Shown: piece by piece, positions 1 through 9,590 of the stretch
Numbering within the stretch: the first letter of the stretch is position 1
How the letters are laid out: each line of letters starts with the position of its first letter
Source of the DNA: Gammaproteobacteria bacterium
Lineage (GTDB): Bacteria > Pseudomonadota > Gammaproteobacteria > CBDBNL01 > JAAOII01
Assembly (NCBI GenBank): GCA_965207945.1
Contig: OZ242303.1
Span: forward strand, 161,494 to 225,493
Direction: 5' to 3'
DNA length: 64,000 nt
The notes under the pieces: model-generated
Told to the model about the DNA's origin: nothing
Databases searched by the model: none
The model's input: the letters and a program-made list of their open reading frames with translations, nothing else
Position numbers and translations under genes: made by a program

Positions 1-136
1 TAATTGATTGTTCATCAAACTCCCCAATGATTCCACGCAACTTGATTCCGTTTATCAAGTATATGCTTACCTCTCTTTTTTCTCCGTGTAAGAGGCCTAG
101 AAATTTATTATTTATAGTTGATAATTGTTCGTCCAT
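1..136 (-). CDS. hfq: RNA chaperone Hfq, 5' part (runs off the window), divergent
   Basis: Not in the ORF track. Hand translation from ATG at 136 gives MDEQLSTINNKFLGLLHGEKREVSIYLINGIKLRGIIGEFDEQSI, which matches the Hfq Sm1 motif (E. coli VSIYLVNGIKLQGQIESFD). Confidence 0.85.
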   Translation of the reverse strand, partial: MDEQLSTINNKFLGLLHGEKREVSIYLINGIKLRGIIGEFDEQSI

Positions 137-503
137 AATAAAGTTAGTATGTTATTTTTTAGACGTAATCTTAAAAAATATGTAATAAGTTTACGCCGTT
201 ATATTTAATGTTAGTATTGTATAAAATATTTATATTCTATAAGTTTTTTATTATACTCGTTTTTACATTTATCCCTTGATTTTTATACGTTTCTGCCAGT
301 TTTTATTTTATATTTTTCAACCATTTTTTAATTAAAATAAGTTTGAAAATTACATTTAATCGCATAGCATTTTTATATTCCTCACGCCTTTATATGTCTG
401 TATCGCATGCCTGTGTCGTAAGTTCAAAGTAGAAGGCAAAGAATAATGTATAATTGGGGAATGGAATATTTACAGGCAAAGGCAAACATAAAGTCAATTA
501 ACA

Positions 504-1889
504 ATGAGCAAAACTAAATTTCTTATTGTCGGTGCTGGAGGAAGGGAAAGTTCTTTTGCAGTCAAACTTATGGAGGATAGCGCGGTTTATGCGGTAATTG
601 ACCATGAAAACCCTACGATTATTGATGCCGCCAAGCAGTCGGGCGGAGCATATTTAATTGGTGATTCAAGTAACCCTGATATTGTTACACAATTTGCGTT
701 ACAGCAATCTGTAGGTTATGTTTTCGTTAGCTCCGATAATCCATTAGCCAACGGAGTTGTGGACGAACTACTAAAGCATTCAATCAAAGCCATCGGCGGC
801 ACCAAAGAGGCAACACGTATAGAATGGGATAAGGTCTATTCCATGGAAATGATGCAAGAAATATGCCCACAACAAACTCCTTTTTTTATTGTTGTTTCGC
901 AGAAAGAAGAATTAGAAGAAGCGATTAGGGCTTTTAAAGAACGTAATTTGGAAATGGTTGTTAAACCTCAAGGACTAACTGGAGGGAAAGGGGTTAAAGT
1001 AATGCCTCTTCATTTGCCAACTTATGATGCTTGTGGCGAATATGCGGAACAATTATTGCAAGATAGACAAAATGAAAAAGTATTGTTAGTTGAAAAAATT
1101 AAGGGATTAGAATTTACCATAATGGGCATTACTGATGGTAAAAATCTTGTGTTATCTCCAGCCAGTTATGATTATCCCTTTCGTTATGAAGGAGATACTG
1201 GACCTGGGACTGGAGGAATGGGGTGCTTTACAGATGCTGGAAAACGACTCCCTTTTATGTCGGAGGATGACTTAGCTACCTGTCGGGATATTATGCAAAA
1301 AATCATTAACAAAATGAAGGAAGACGGTTTATTTTTTAATGGGGTATTAAATGGCGGGTTTTTCAAAAGTGACAAGGGCATACAGTTTATGGAATTTAAC
1401 GGGCGATTTGGCGACCCGGAAGGCATTAACGTGCTATCTGTAATGGATTCATCCTTTTCAGAACTTCTCAAGGATATATGGCATCAACGTCTTAATGAGA
1501 ATAGCATTAAATTTCTTAACAAAGCCAGTGTTGTAAAGTATCTTGTTGCTAAAGATTACCCAAACCCCAGCCCAGAATCCATTCGCTATACTTTTGATTT
1601 TAAACGAGCAGAGAGTATGGGGGTTACTGTTTTAGCTGCTCATACACAAAGAGTGGCAGAAGGAGTGGCAGAAGGAATGGATGATTCTTCATATTGGGAA
1701 ACTTTAAAAAGGTCAAGAGTTTTAGCGGTTGTCGCCGTTTCTGATAGTATAGCTGAGGCATCCGAACTCGTCAATCTGGCTATAGAAAAATGCTTACAAG
1801 GAGATCTGCAAGAAGAACTCCAAGAAAAATCCCAAGAAAAGTTGGAGTATCGTAAAGATATTGGCATCTTTTACCCCGAACTAAAGTAG
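504..1889 (+). CDS. purD: Phosphoribosylamine-glycine ligase (ATP-grasp), atypical/archaeal-like
   Basis: N-terminal LIVGAGGRE, GLTGGKGV, GDTGPGTGGMG and MEFNGRFGDPE motifs. Confidence 0.85.
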   Translation: MSKTKFLIVGAGGRESSFAVKLMEDSAVYAVIDHENPTIIDAAKQSGGAYLIGDSSNPDIVTQFALQQSVGYVFVSSDNPLANGVVDELLKHSIKAIGGTKEATRIEWDKVYSMEMMQEICPQQTPFFIVVSQKEELEEAIRAFKERNLEMVVKPQGLTGGKGVKVMPLHLPTYDACGEYAEQLLQDRQNEKVLLVEKIKGLEFTIMGITDGKNLVLSPASYDYPFRYEGDTGPGTGGMGCFTDAGKRLPFMSEDDLATCRDIMQKIINKMKEDGLFFNGVLNGGFFKSDKGIQFMEFNGRFGDPEGINVLSVMDSSFSELLKDIWHQRLNENSIKFLNKASVVKYLVAKDYPNPSPESIRYTFDFKRAESMGVTVLAAHTQRVAEGVAEGMDDSSYWETLKRSRVLAVVAVSDSIAEASELVNLAIEKCLQGDLQEELQEKSQEKLEYRKDIGIFYPELK

Positions 1890-1992
1890 AGTATAATTTA
1901 ACCAATTATTATTGATGGCATAATTATTGAACTTTTAATAATTCTTATGTAATATGCCTAATTTATACAATAATTTATAAGATATTGATGCA

Positions 1993-2805
1993 ATGAAATT
2001 TATTTTTTACTTTTTGATTATAGTTAATGCCGCATTTTTAATGCTGAACTGGGAATCATTTAATGGCGCGCCAAAAACAGGTGAGGGCAATCAAGTAAGA
2101 GCGGGGGAATCATTGACATTAATTGGTGAAAAACAAATCCCCGCCTCTGCTCGTCAACAAGAATTGCCGGTATCTCGCCCAAATGACCTAACAAGGTTTA
2201 TTGATGGGGCGTTAGCTTTTCTATCAACTTTATGGACATCATTTTGGGATCTAGTGCGCGATAAACCGCAGGAATTACCTACTCCCGCAGTTATCCCCGA
2301 ATCAGTGACTTATTGTTTTGTCATAGGCGATTATTTAAGTCCACAGAATGCATTAGCGGACAAAAGAAAGCTCTTGGCTGAAGATATAGAAACCACTCTT
2401 AGCAGTGAGGAAAAACAACAGAAATCATCAGGTTCATACAGAGTGGAAACCCATGTGCGTTCCAACTTAGATATTGCTAAGAAATTTTCTGATGTGCTAA
2501 GTGGTGAGGGTATCCCTAATACTATTAAAGAAAATCCGCCCATAGGATATTTGTTGGTTAGCAGAAGTTATAATTCGCGCGATAAAGCGCAGGCGATTGA
2601 TAAAAAGATTAGGAGAATAGGGCTGTCATCATATATAAAGGGCGTCCCTGGCAGCGGTCCCAGCAGCGCTTCTGGCGCAACAACTACTACATATAAGTTG
2701 CGCATAACAGGAAAATCTGCTACAAAATGGAATGAAATTGGCAGAATCCTTGCAACCCAGCTGTATTCTGGGGTGAAAGCGAGACGATTATCCCAATGTC
2801 CTTAA
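1993..2805 (+). CDS. Membrane-anchored protein, probably with SPOR-like domain(s)
   Basis: N-terminal hydrophobic anchor (FYFLIIVNAAFLMLNW), CFVIGDY motif and terminal Cys-Pro resemble gammaproteobacterial SPOR proteins. Confidence 0.55.
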   Translation: MKFIFYFLIIVNAAFLMLNWESFNGAPKTGEGNQVRAGESLTLIGEKQIPASARQQELPVSRPNDLTRFIDGALAFLSTLWTSFWDLVRDKPQELPTPAVIPESVTYCFVIGDYLSPQNALADKRKLLAEDIETTLSSEEKQQKSSGSYRVETHVRSNLDIAKKFSDVLSGEGIPNTIKENPPIGYLLVSRSYNSRDKAQAIDKKIRRIGLSSYIKGVPGSGPSSASGATTTTYKLRITGKSATKWNEIGRILATQLYSGVKARRLSQCP

Positions 2806-2850
2806 GGCATCCTTGAGGCATCCTTGAGGCATCCTTGAAAGTATCCTTAG
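2799..2850. repeat. 11-bp tandem repeat (TCCTTGAGGCA) x3 plus degenerate copies
   Basis: tccttaaggca tccttgaggca tccttgaggca tccttgaaagta tccttag, overlapping the upstream stop codon. Confidence 0.9.
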
Positions 2851-2943
2851 TCACTTACAGTTTTTTTGTAATATTTGATTAAATTACGCAATAATATTGT
2901 AAAATAGAGGACATTTTAATTATTACTTATTATTAAATAAATT

Positions 2944-3672
2944 ATGGCAAGAATTACAGTTGATGACTGTCTAAAAAACGTAAAAAATCGTTTTGAATTG
3001 GTGCATATTGCAGCGGAACGAACCCGCCAGCTTGAAGAACGTGGGGACCAAAGCTTACTGGAGAGTCAAGGAGATAGGAATACATTAGTTGCTTTGCGCG
3101 AAATAGCGGAAGGTCATGTGGGAGATGAAATTCTGGAGAAATTTGTGCAGATGTTTGGCAAGAGCGAGTTTAGCAGCCAAGAAGATATGGAGCGTTCTAT
3201 TCAAAATATGGCGCAAGAAGAACTTAAGGATAGAGAGCTCAAAGCACTCAAGGAAAAAGAAGAGTTAGAGCAAGAACTTTTAGCAGCAGATAATAAAGGA
3301 GCTGTCAAGAAAAAAAGAGGCAGACCACCTTTGGCTGATAAATTATCCAGTGCTGTTGTGGAGCAAAAAGATAATCAAGAAGGCGCAGGATTAGATGCGG
3401 GCGACGCTGAACTTACGTTGAGTGAGCAAGAGAAAGCACAAATATTAGCTGCTATTTCTGAAGATACCTCCCAGACAAGCAAACCATCCGCTAAGGAAGA
3501 TAATGCAGAAGTAACAGCAGAAGCAGATTCCGCTAAGGAAGATAATGCAGAAGTAACAGCAGAAGCAGATTCCACTGAGGATGATAATGCAGAAGTAACC
3601 GCAGAAGCAGATTCCACTAAGGATGATAATACGAAAGTAACCGCAGAAGCAGATTCCACTATTAAATCTTAG
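2944..3672 (+). CDS. rpoZ: RNA polymerase omega subunit with long C-terminal extension
   Basis: MARITVDDCL..VKNRFELVHIAAERTRQL...ALREIAEG is the omega signature. The gene lies directly upstream of spoT. Confidence 0.95.
   Translation: MARITVDDCLKNVKNRFELVHIAAERTRQLEERGDQSLLESQGDRNTLVALREIAEGHVGDEILEKFVQMFGKSEFSSQEDMERSIQNMAQEELKDRELKALKEKEELEQELLAADNKGAVKKKRGRPPLADKLSSAVVEQKDNQEGAGLDAGDAELTLSEQEKAQILAAISEDTSQTSKPSAKEDNAEVTAEADSAKEDNAEVTAEADSTEDDNAEVTAEADSTKDDNTKVTAEADSTIKS
3487..3660 (+). repeat. 42-bp (14-aa) tandem repeat x4 inside rpoZ
   Basis: SAKEDNAEVTAEAD x2, STEDDNAEVTAEAD, STKDDNTKVTAEAD. Confidence 0.95.
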
Positions 3673-3685
3673 ATTTCAACTTCCT

Positions 3686-5917
3686 TTGCTGCTGAGTCGC
3701 AGCACAGATAAGGACCCTCAATTACCTGATGTTGTAGTTAAGGATTTGCGCAAAAAATTGCGCATCTATATGCCGCGTAAGGATAGGGTAACTGTTATGC
3801 TTGCCTATCGCTATGCAGCTCAAGCTCACCGTCATCAAAAAAGACACTCTGGCGAGCCCTATATCACTCATTCTATAGCTGTAGCATCCAGTATTGCAGA
3901 TATGAAGCTGGGAGTAGATGCAGTGAGTGCTGCTTTATTGCATGATGTTGTAGAAGATACGGATATTGAACTCAGTCAAATCAAAGAAAGGTTTGGCGAA
4001 AATACCGCCAGCATGGTGGAGGGACTTACCAAGCTTAGCAGCATCAAAGATAAAGACATAAGCAACCGCATTAGCGCGAGTCAATCAGAAAACTTTCAAA
4101 AGTTGGTGCTTGCCACTGCAAAAGATATGAGGGTCATCCTCATAAAATTTGCTGATAGATTACACAATCTAAGAACAGCAAAGGTCTTGACGCCTTCAAG
4201 GAGGAAAAGGATGGCAAGAGAGACAATGGCGATTTATGCCCCATTGGCGAATCGCTTGGGCATGGAAAGTTTGAGAATACAATTGGAAGATTTAAGCTTT
4301 GCCGCCGCATACCCTATGCGTTATGAATTAGTGAAGAATGCGGTTCAGCAAGAACGCTCGTTTCGTCAAGATTACATTACCAAATCCATTAATACCATTA
4401 AAAAAGAACTTAAAAAGCATGGATTAAAGTGCCAAGTAGTTGGCAGACGCAAGAATCTTGCAGGTATATATAACAAAATGAGTTTGCGTTCCAGTGATTG
4501 GCTGGATTATGATACTCCATCAGCAGATGATAGGAAGTCCTTGCAGGAAATAATGGATGTCTACGGGGCTCGTATTATTGTTGGCAAGGTTGCCGATTGT
4601 TATACTGCTCTTGGCATTATGCATTCGCTATTTAATCCAGTTAATACAAGATTTAAGGACTATATAGCCAACCCTAAGAAAAATGGTTACCAATCGTTGC
4701 ACACAACACTGGTAGGACCAAATGGCTTTCCGTTAGAGATTCAGATACGTACTGATGCTATGCAAGAAGTTGCTGAGACCGGCATAGCAGCCCACTTTCT
4801 ATACAAGAATGGTTCTGCTGATTCTGCCAGGTTATTTAGTTGGTTACAAAATCTGGCGCAATTACAAAGTGAAGCACAAAGTACCAGTGATTTTATGGAA
4901 AAGGCACGTCAAGAATTCTCTCTTAACGAAATATTTGTTTATACTCCAGATGGTGACTTGATTAGCTTGCCAGAAAGAGCTACTCCCGTGGATTTTGCTT
5001 ACGCGGTGCATACTGATTTGGGCGCTAAGTGCATTGCTTGTGAAGTGGATAGAGTGCCAGCTCCTTTGAACACTTGTTTGCAAACTGGGCAGGTGATTAA
5101 GATTATCAGCGATCCTGCTAGTTCTCCTGATTTATCTTGGAGTTCCTCTGCGGTTACGCCTAAGGCATTAAGCCATATAGCTCATTATGCGCAAATGGAG
5201 AAGAATACCGATATCTATGGCTTAGGGGAAAAGCTGCTCAATGATGCTTTGGTTAATCACTATCAATCGGATATTAAAGCAATAACGGAAGAAAATTGGG
5301 ATGACTACCTTAAAAAGCATAAACTTTCCAGTAAAAATGAACTATATGAACGACTGAGTATGGGCGACATTACACCATTGGTTGCTGCCGCTTATTTGCT
5401 TCCGTCTGATAATGCCAATAAAGGTAAAAACGGCAATAATCGCAAATCAGCTAAGCAAGCATCTACTGGAGCTTCTCTTGGAATTCATAAACAAAGGGTT
5501 ATGATTAAATATGCCAGATGTTGCCGTCCTATCCCTGGTGATTCTATAGTAGCAATATCCACCAAACAGGATGGAATTCACGTTCACTGCGCCGATTGTC
5601 ATAATGTGAAAGAAAAAAGTAAAAAAGGACAGGAAAAATTTATGCCCGCCCATTGGGAGGAGGAAATGGAACAAGGAGAGTTCCCTGTTAGCATTCGCTG
5701 TGAGACGGGTAATCTGAGTGATGTGATGAGCAGAATAGTTACAGTGCTTGGTGGTAGCGGTATAGGTGTCCAAGAGATAACCACTGAACATAGCACTGTG
5801 AATTTAAAGGTGCTAGCGATTACAATGTTAGTGCGTGATAGAGAGCATCTTGCCAGCACAATCCGCAAGCTTAAAGTTATTAAGGATATAACACGTATCA
5901 GCAGGCTATATAGCTAA
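3686..5917 (+). CDS. spoT: Bifunctional (p)ppGpp synthetase/hydrolase
   Basis: HD domain (SGEPYITH, LLHDVVEDT), RFKDY and NGYQSLHT, TGS (TPVDFAYAVHT), CCRPIPGD and C-terminal ACT domain. Start codon uncertain (TTG). Confidence 0.95.
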   Translation: MLLSRSTDKDPQLPDVVVKDLRKKLRIYMPRKDRVTVMLAYRYAAQAHRHQKRHSGEPYITHSIAVASSIADMKLGVDAVSAALLHDVVEDTDIELSQIKERFGENTASMVEGLTKLSSIKDKDISNRISASQSENFQKLVLATAKDMRVILIKFADRLHNLRTAKVLTPSRRKRMARETMAIYAPLANRLGMESLRIQLEDLSFAAAYPMRYELVKNAVQQERSFRQDYITKSINTIKKELKKHGLKCQVVGRRKNLAGIYNKMSLRSSDWLDYDTPSADDRKSLQEIMDVYGARIIVGKVADCYTALGIMHSLFNPVNTRFKDYIANPKKNGYQSLHTTLVGPNGFPLEIQIRTDAMQEVAETGIAAHFLYKNGSADSARLFSWLQNLAQLQSEAQSTSDFMEKARQEFSLNEIFVYTPDGDLISLPERATPVDFAYAVHTDLGAKCIACEVDRVPAPLNTCLQTGQVIKIISDPASSPDLSWSSSAVTPKALSHIAHYAQMEKNTDIYGLGEKLLNDALVNHYQSDIKAITEENWDDYLKKHKLSSKNELYERLSMGDITPLVAAAYLLPSDNANKGKNGNNRKSAKQASTGASLGIHKQRVMIKYARCCRPIPGDSIVAISTKQDGIHVHCADCHNVKEKSKKGQEKFMPAHWEEEMEQGEFPVSIRCETGNLSDVMSRIVTVLGGSGIGVQEITTEHSTVNLKVLAITMLVRDREHLASTIRKLKVIKDITRISRLYS

Positions 5918-5968
5918 CGCTTGCGCCACATAAACAATACGGTGCATGAATACTTGCGATGCAGGTCT

Positions 5969-6042
5969 GTAGGGGCGGAGCTGCGCTCCGCCCGCAAAAT
6001 GCCTAAAACTTGCGACACACCATCGGAATGCTCGCTAAAACT
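5969..6042 (+). repeat. GTAG-type REP-like palindrome plus tail (direct repeat copy 1)
   Basis: GTAG GGGCGGAGC tgc GCTCCGCCC hairpin. 74 bp with 5 mismatches to 6712-6785. Confidence 0.9.
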
Positions 6043-6700
6043 GGGGCTGTGGGGCAAATATTAATAACAAAAACGCCATTATCGCCAACATAATTGCAGA
6101 ACCTTTTTCCAGTATTGATATATGCTTTTGCAACAGGGCTCTCATTTTGCCCCCCACTATATAAGCTAAACAAGCAAAATAAGCTGCAGTGGCAACTGCC
6201 ATATAAACTCCATAACTAATCTGCAACAACAAAGGACTTTCATTTACTAATAGCAGATATACAGATAAAAAGAATATTGTCGCCTTTACATTTAACGCAT
6301 TGGTTAAAAAACCAACCTTATATGCTTGCCACAAAGAAGGGGTGTCTTTGCCAGCGTCTTTGTTAGCGTCTTTATCATTTATGTTGAGTAGCTTTGATGA
6401 GTTTGATGAACCAGATTTCCAGCCAAGCCAAGCAATATAAAATAAATAAGCAGCGCCAGCTAACTTAAATATATTAAATACCAAAGCATTGGTGGCAATT
6501 ATTAGCCCTAACCCCATGATTGAATAGAAAACATGCACCAAAATGCCGCTGCCAATGCCGACGGCAACCGCAGCTGCTACCATAGTTCCATAGCGAATGC
6601 TATAACGAAAGACCACGGCAAAATCTGGTCCTGGGCTGGAAACCGCAATAAGATGGGCGCTTGCCACAGCTAAAAATATTTCAATCTCACTCATTGGCAC
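6035..6700 (-). CDS. LysE/RhtB family amino-acid exporter
   Basis: SPGPDF, LAGAAYLFYIAW and GFLTNALNVKA motifs. Likely start is ATG at 6694. Confidence 0.9.
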   Translation of the reverse strand: MPMSEIEIFLAVASAHLIAVSSPGPDFAVVFRYSIRYGTMVAAAVAVGIGSGILVHVFYSIMGLGLIIATNALVFNIFKLAGAAYLFYIAWLGWKSGSSNSSKLLNINDKDANKDAGKDTPSLWQAYKVGFLTNALNVKATIFFLSVYLLLVNESPLLLQISYGVYMAVATAAYFACLAYIVGGKMRALLQKHISILEKGSAIMLAIMAFLLLIFAPQPQF

Positions 6701-6711
6701 ATTATAAAGCA

Positions 6712-6830
6712 GTAGGAGCGGAGCTGCGCTCCGCCCGCAAAATGCCTAACACTCGCGACAAACCATCGGAATACTCGCTAAAACTCGCGACACATGTCTG
6801 TAGGGGCGGAGGGCTTTTACACGCCTCTAC
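6712..6830 (+). repeat. GTAG-type REP-like element (direct repeat copy 2) followed by a further GTAG...CTAC unit
   Basis: 6712-6785 repeats 5969-6042. 6800-6830 reads gtaggggcggagggcttttacacgcctctac. Confidence 0.9.
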
Positions 6831-6869
6831 ATTCTCTTGTGGATAAAATAATCAATTAATTCACTTATA

Positions 6870-8831
6870 ATGAATAACATGGAAGGGTATCTCCCACAAG
6901 CATTTATTTATCTTTGCGCTGCAGTTATTGCGGTTCCAGTAGCTAGACGCCTGGGACTCGGTTCGGTTTTGGGGTATTTAATAGCTGGGGTAATTATAGG
7001 TCCTATTCTTGGCATGGCTGGCTCTGAAACTGACCAGCTAAGACATTTTGCCGAATTAGGGGTAATAATGATGCTATTCTTGGTCGGCTTAGAGCTTGCG
7101 CCACGTTCATTATGGGAAATGCGTGTCAAACTTTTAGGACTTGGTGGCATGCAAGTTATCCTCACAACCTCAGTAGTAGGATTAATAGCTTGGCAGCTCG
7201 GATTAGATTGGAATATGGCGTTGGCATGTGGGTTAATATTCTCCCTTTCATCTACCGCCATTGTCTTGCAAACCCTTAATGAAAAAGGGTTGTTGAAAAG
7301 CGATGGCGGACAATCTTCTTTTGCGGTGCTATTGTTTCAAGATATCGCGGTTATTCCCATTTTGGCTTTACTGCCTTTGTTAGCTTTGCCGCATCTAACA
7401 GGAGACGCCTCTGCCATAGCGGCGGCAGATGAGCATGCTCAGGAGTTTAGTTTACTGCATGGGCTTGTGGGCTGGCAAGCGACATTGGTTACCATTGCAG
7501 TGATAATCTCGGTTGTTGTGGGTGGATTTTATTTATCTCGTCCATTATTTCGTTACATCGCTTCATCCCGTTTGCGTGAGATATTTACCGCCGCGGCGCT
7601 ACTACTGGTTATATCTATTGCGTTATTAATGGGGTTGGTCGGGCTTTCGCCAGCACTGGGGACATTTCTTGCTGGTGTGGTGCTTGCCAATAGCGAGTTT
7701 CGCCACGAGCTTGAAAGCAATATAGAACCTTTTAAGGGGGTACTACTTGGATTATTTTTTATCACTGTGGGAGCAGGTATTGACTTTGAACTAGTGCTCA
7801 ATGATTCCTTTGTCATAATTGCGCTTACATTGGGGCTTGTTGGCGTAAAGGCGTTGATATTATTAGGGCTTTCATTCTTTTTTAATATTAGGGGTTCAGA
7901 TCGCTGGCTATTTGTTCTTGGCTTGGCTCAGGCAGGTGAATTTGGCTTTGTGCTATTAGCTTTTGCGGGGCAGAGCAGTGTTCTTCCACAAGAGTTGGCA
8001 GATACTTTGCTTATAGTGGTGGCATTATCAATGTTATTAACTCCGGCGCTGTTTATATTCTTTGAAAAAGTTCTTAGTCCACGCCTAAGCAAATCTAAAG
8101 ATAAATTTCAAGAGGACTTTGAAGGAGAGGGAATAAAGGAAATAAAGAAGGGCTCAATCATCATTGCTGGTCACGGTAGATTTGGTCAGGTAGTTGATAG
8201 GATGTTGATTGCCAACGGCTTTAAAACGGTGGTGTTGGAATATCAAGCAGAGGTGATTGAAGGATTGCGCCGTTTTGGGGTTGAGACCTTTTATGGTGAT
8301 GCGGCGCGCCCCGATTTATTGACAGCAGCTGGGCTACGTGAAGCAAAGATGCTGGTTGTTACCATTGATGATATAGAAAAATCAATAAGTATAGTTAAGT
8401 ATGCCCGGGCTGAAAGACCAGATATTCGTATAGTTGCCAGAGCATGGGATCGCCGCCACGTTTATCGGTTGTATGCCGCTGGCGCCAATGATATAGTTAG
8501 AGAAACGTTTGATAGCTCGGTGCGAGCTGGGCGCTATGCCTTGGAAGCAATGGGAGTTAAGCGTGAAACAGCGAAAGAGAGCGCAGAGCTATTTACTAAA
8601 CATGACAGGCGAGCGGTTCGTAAATTGGCACAGGTTTGGGACCCTGCAGTCCCAGTTTTTGAGAATGAAAAATACATTGCTTTATCGCGTAAACTGGTAG
8701 AAGAAATTAATCAGGCGATGCAATCCGATAAACCCCTAGATAAAGGAAGGGATAAGAAAAAGAGAACAGCGCAAAAGAAAGTAGCACAAAAGAAAGTAAC
8801 GCAAAAGAAAGTAACGCAAAAGAAAAAATAG
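6870..8831 (+). CDS. CPA2 family K+/H+ antiporter (KefB/KefC-like) with TrkA-N domain
   Basis: LGLGSVLGYL, SSTAIVLQ, LLFQD, EPFKGVLLGLFF and IAGHGRFGQ motifs. Lys-rich repeat tail. Probable start 6879. Confidence 0.92.
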   Translation: MNNMEGYLPQAFIYLCAAVIAVPVARRLGLGSVLGYLIAGVIIGPILGMAGSETDQLRHFAELGVIMMLFLVGLELAPRSLWEMRVKLLGLGGMQVILTTSVVGLIAWQLGLDWNMALACGLIFSLSSTAIVLQTLNEKGLLKSDGGQSSFAVLLFQDIAVIPILALLPLLALPHLTGDASAIAAADEHAQEFSLLHGLVGWQATLVTIAVIISVVVGGFYLSRPLFRYIASSRLREIFTAAALLLVISIALLMGLVGLSPALGTFLAGVVLANSEFRHELESNIEPFKGVLLGLFFITVGAGIDFELVLNDSFVIIALTLGLVGVKALILLGLSFFFNIRGSDRWLFVLGLAQAGEFGFVLLAFAGQSSVLPQELADTLLIVVALSMLLTPALFIFFEKVLSPRLSKSKDKFQEDFEGEGIKEIKKGSIIIAGHGRFGQVVDRMLIANGFKTVVLEYQAEVIEGLRRFGVETFYGDAARPDLLTAAGLREAKMLVVTIDDIEKSISIVKYARAERPDIRIVARAWDRRHVYRLYAAGANDIVRETFDSSVRAGRYALEAMGVKRETAKESAELFTKHDRRAVRKLAQVWDPAVPVFENEKYIALSRKLVEEINQAMQSDKPLDKGRDKKKRTAQKKVAQKKVTQKKVTQKKK

Positions 8832-8930
8832 AAGAGCCGTTGCGTCCACTATGAGTTAATTCAAACTTCATATATAAGGAGGGCATAAGCAAGACAAAAT
8901 CAGGATATCATACTTTATAATATTATACAA

Positions 8931-9590
8931 ATGAGTTTAGCAATATTTGACCTTGATCATACTATCCTGCAAGGAGATAGTGATTCCGCTTGGTTACAGT
9001 TCCTTGTGGATGAAAATAAGGTGGACAAAGTAACTGTGGAGAAAATGAATGGTAAGTTCTATGATGACTATATGAACGGACGTTTGGAGTTTGATGATTA
9101 TGCCAATTTTGCCTTTGGAATAATAAGTTCTATCCATATTAGTAATCTTAAAACTTTGCGCAAAGAATATTTTAAGCAAAGAATAATACCGATGATTCGC
9201 CCTAAGGCAGTAGCATTGCTGGAGGGGCATCGCCGCCGCAAACATACCATAGTCCTATCTACAGCCACCAATGAATTTATTAGTCGTCCGATTGCAGAAT
9301 ACCTCAAGGTGGATGCTTTAATAGCCACGCAGCTTGAAAAATCAGTGGATGGCTTTACTGGCAATGTTTTTGGAACGCCAAACTTTCGCGAAGGAAAAAT
9401 CACCAATATTCTTGAATGGCTTAAGGATAATACTCGTCATCAATTAGCTACCGCATATTTTTATAGCGATTCTATAAACGACCTTCCATTGCTACTGGCA
9501 GTAGGTTATCCTCGCCCAGTTAATGCCGACCCAGCACTCTTGGCAAAGGCACGGGAAAATAGGTGGAGAAATCTTAATCTGAGCAAATAA
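8931..9590 (+). CDS. HAD-IB family hydrolase (SerB-like)
   Basis: FDLDHT motif I, STATN, FYSDSINDLPLL and VNADPAL motifs. Confidence 0.9.
   Translation: MSLAIFDLDHTILQGDSDSAWLQFLVDENKVDKVTVEKMNGKFYDDYMNGRLEFDDYANFAFGIISSIHISNLKTLRKEYFKQRIIPMIRPKAVALLEGHRRRKHTIVLSTATNEFISRPIAEYLKVDALIATQLEKSVDGFTGNVFGTPNFREGKITNILEWLKDNTRHQLATAYFYSDSINDLPLLLAVGYPRPVNADPALLAKARENRWRNLNLSK

Noticed and set aside
3375-3659. Antisense 94-aa Ser/Ala-rich ORF
   Set aside because: Shadow of the rpoZ 42-bp repeats.
5969-6830. Integron attC sites around LysE
   Set aside because: No RYYYAAC...GTTRRRY ends and no integrase. GTAG plus hairpin fits REP-like elements better.
6661-6846. 61-aa ORF
   Set aside because: It is a translation of the REP-like repeats and overlaps the LysE start.
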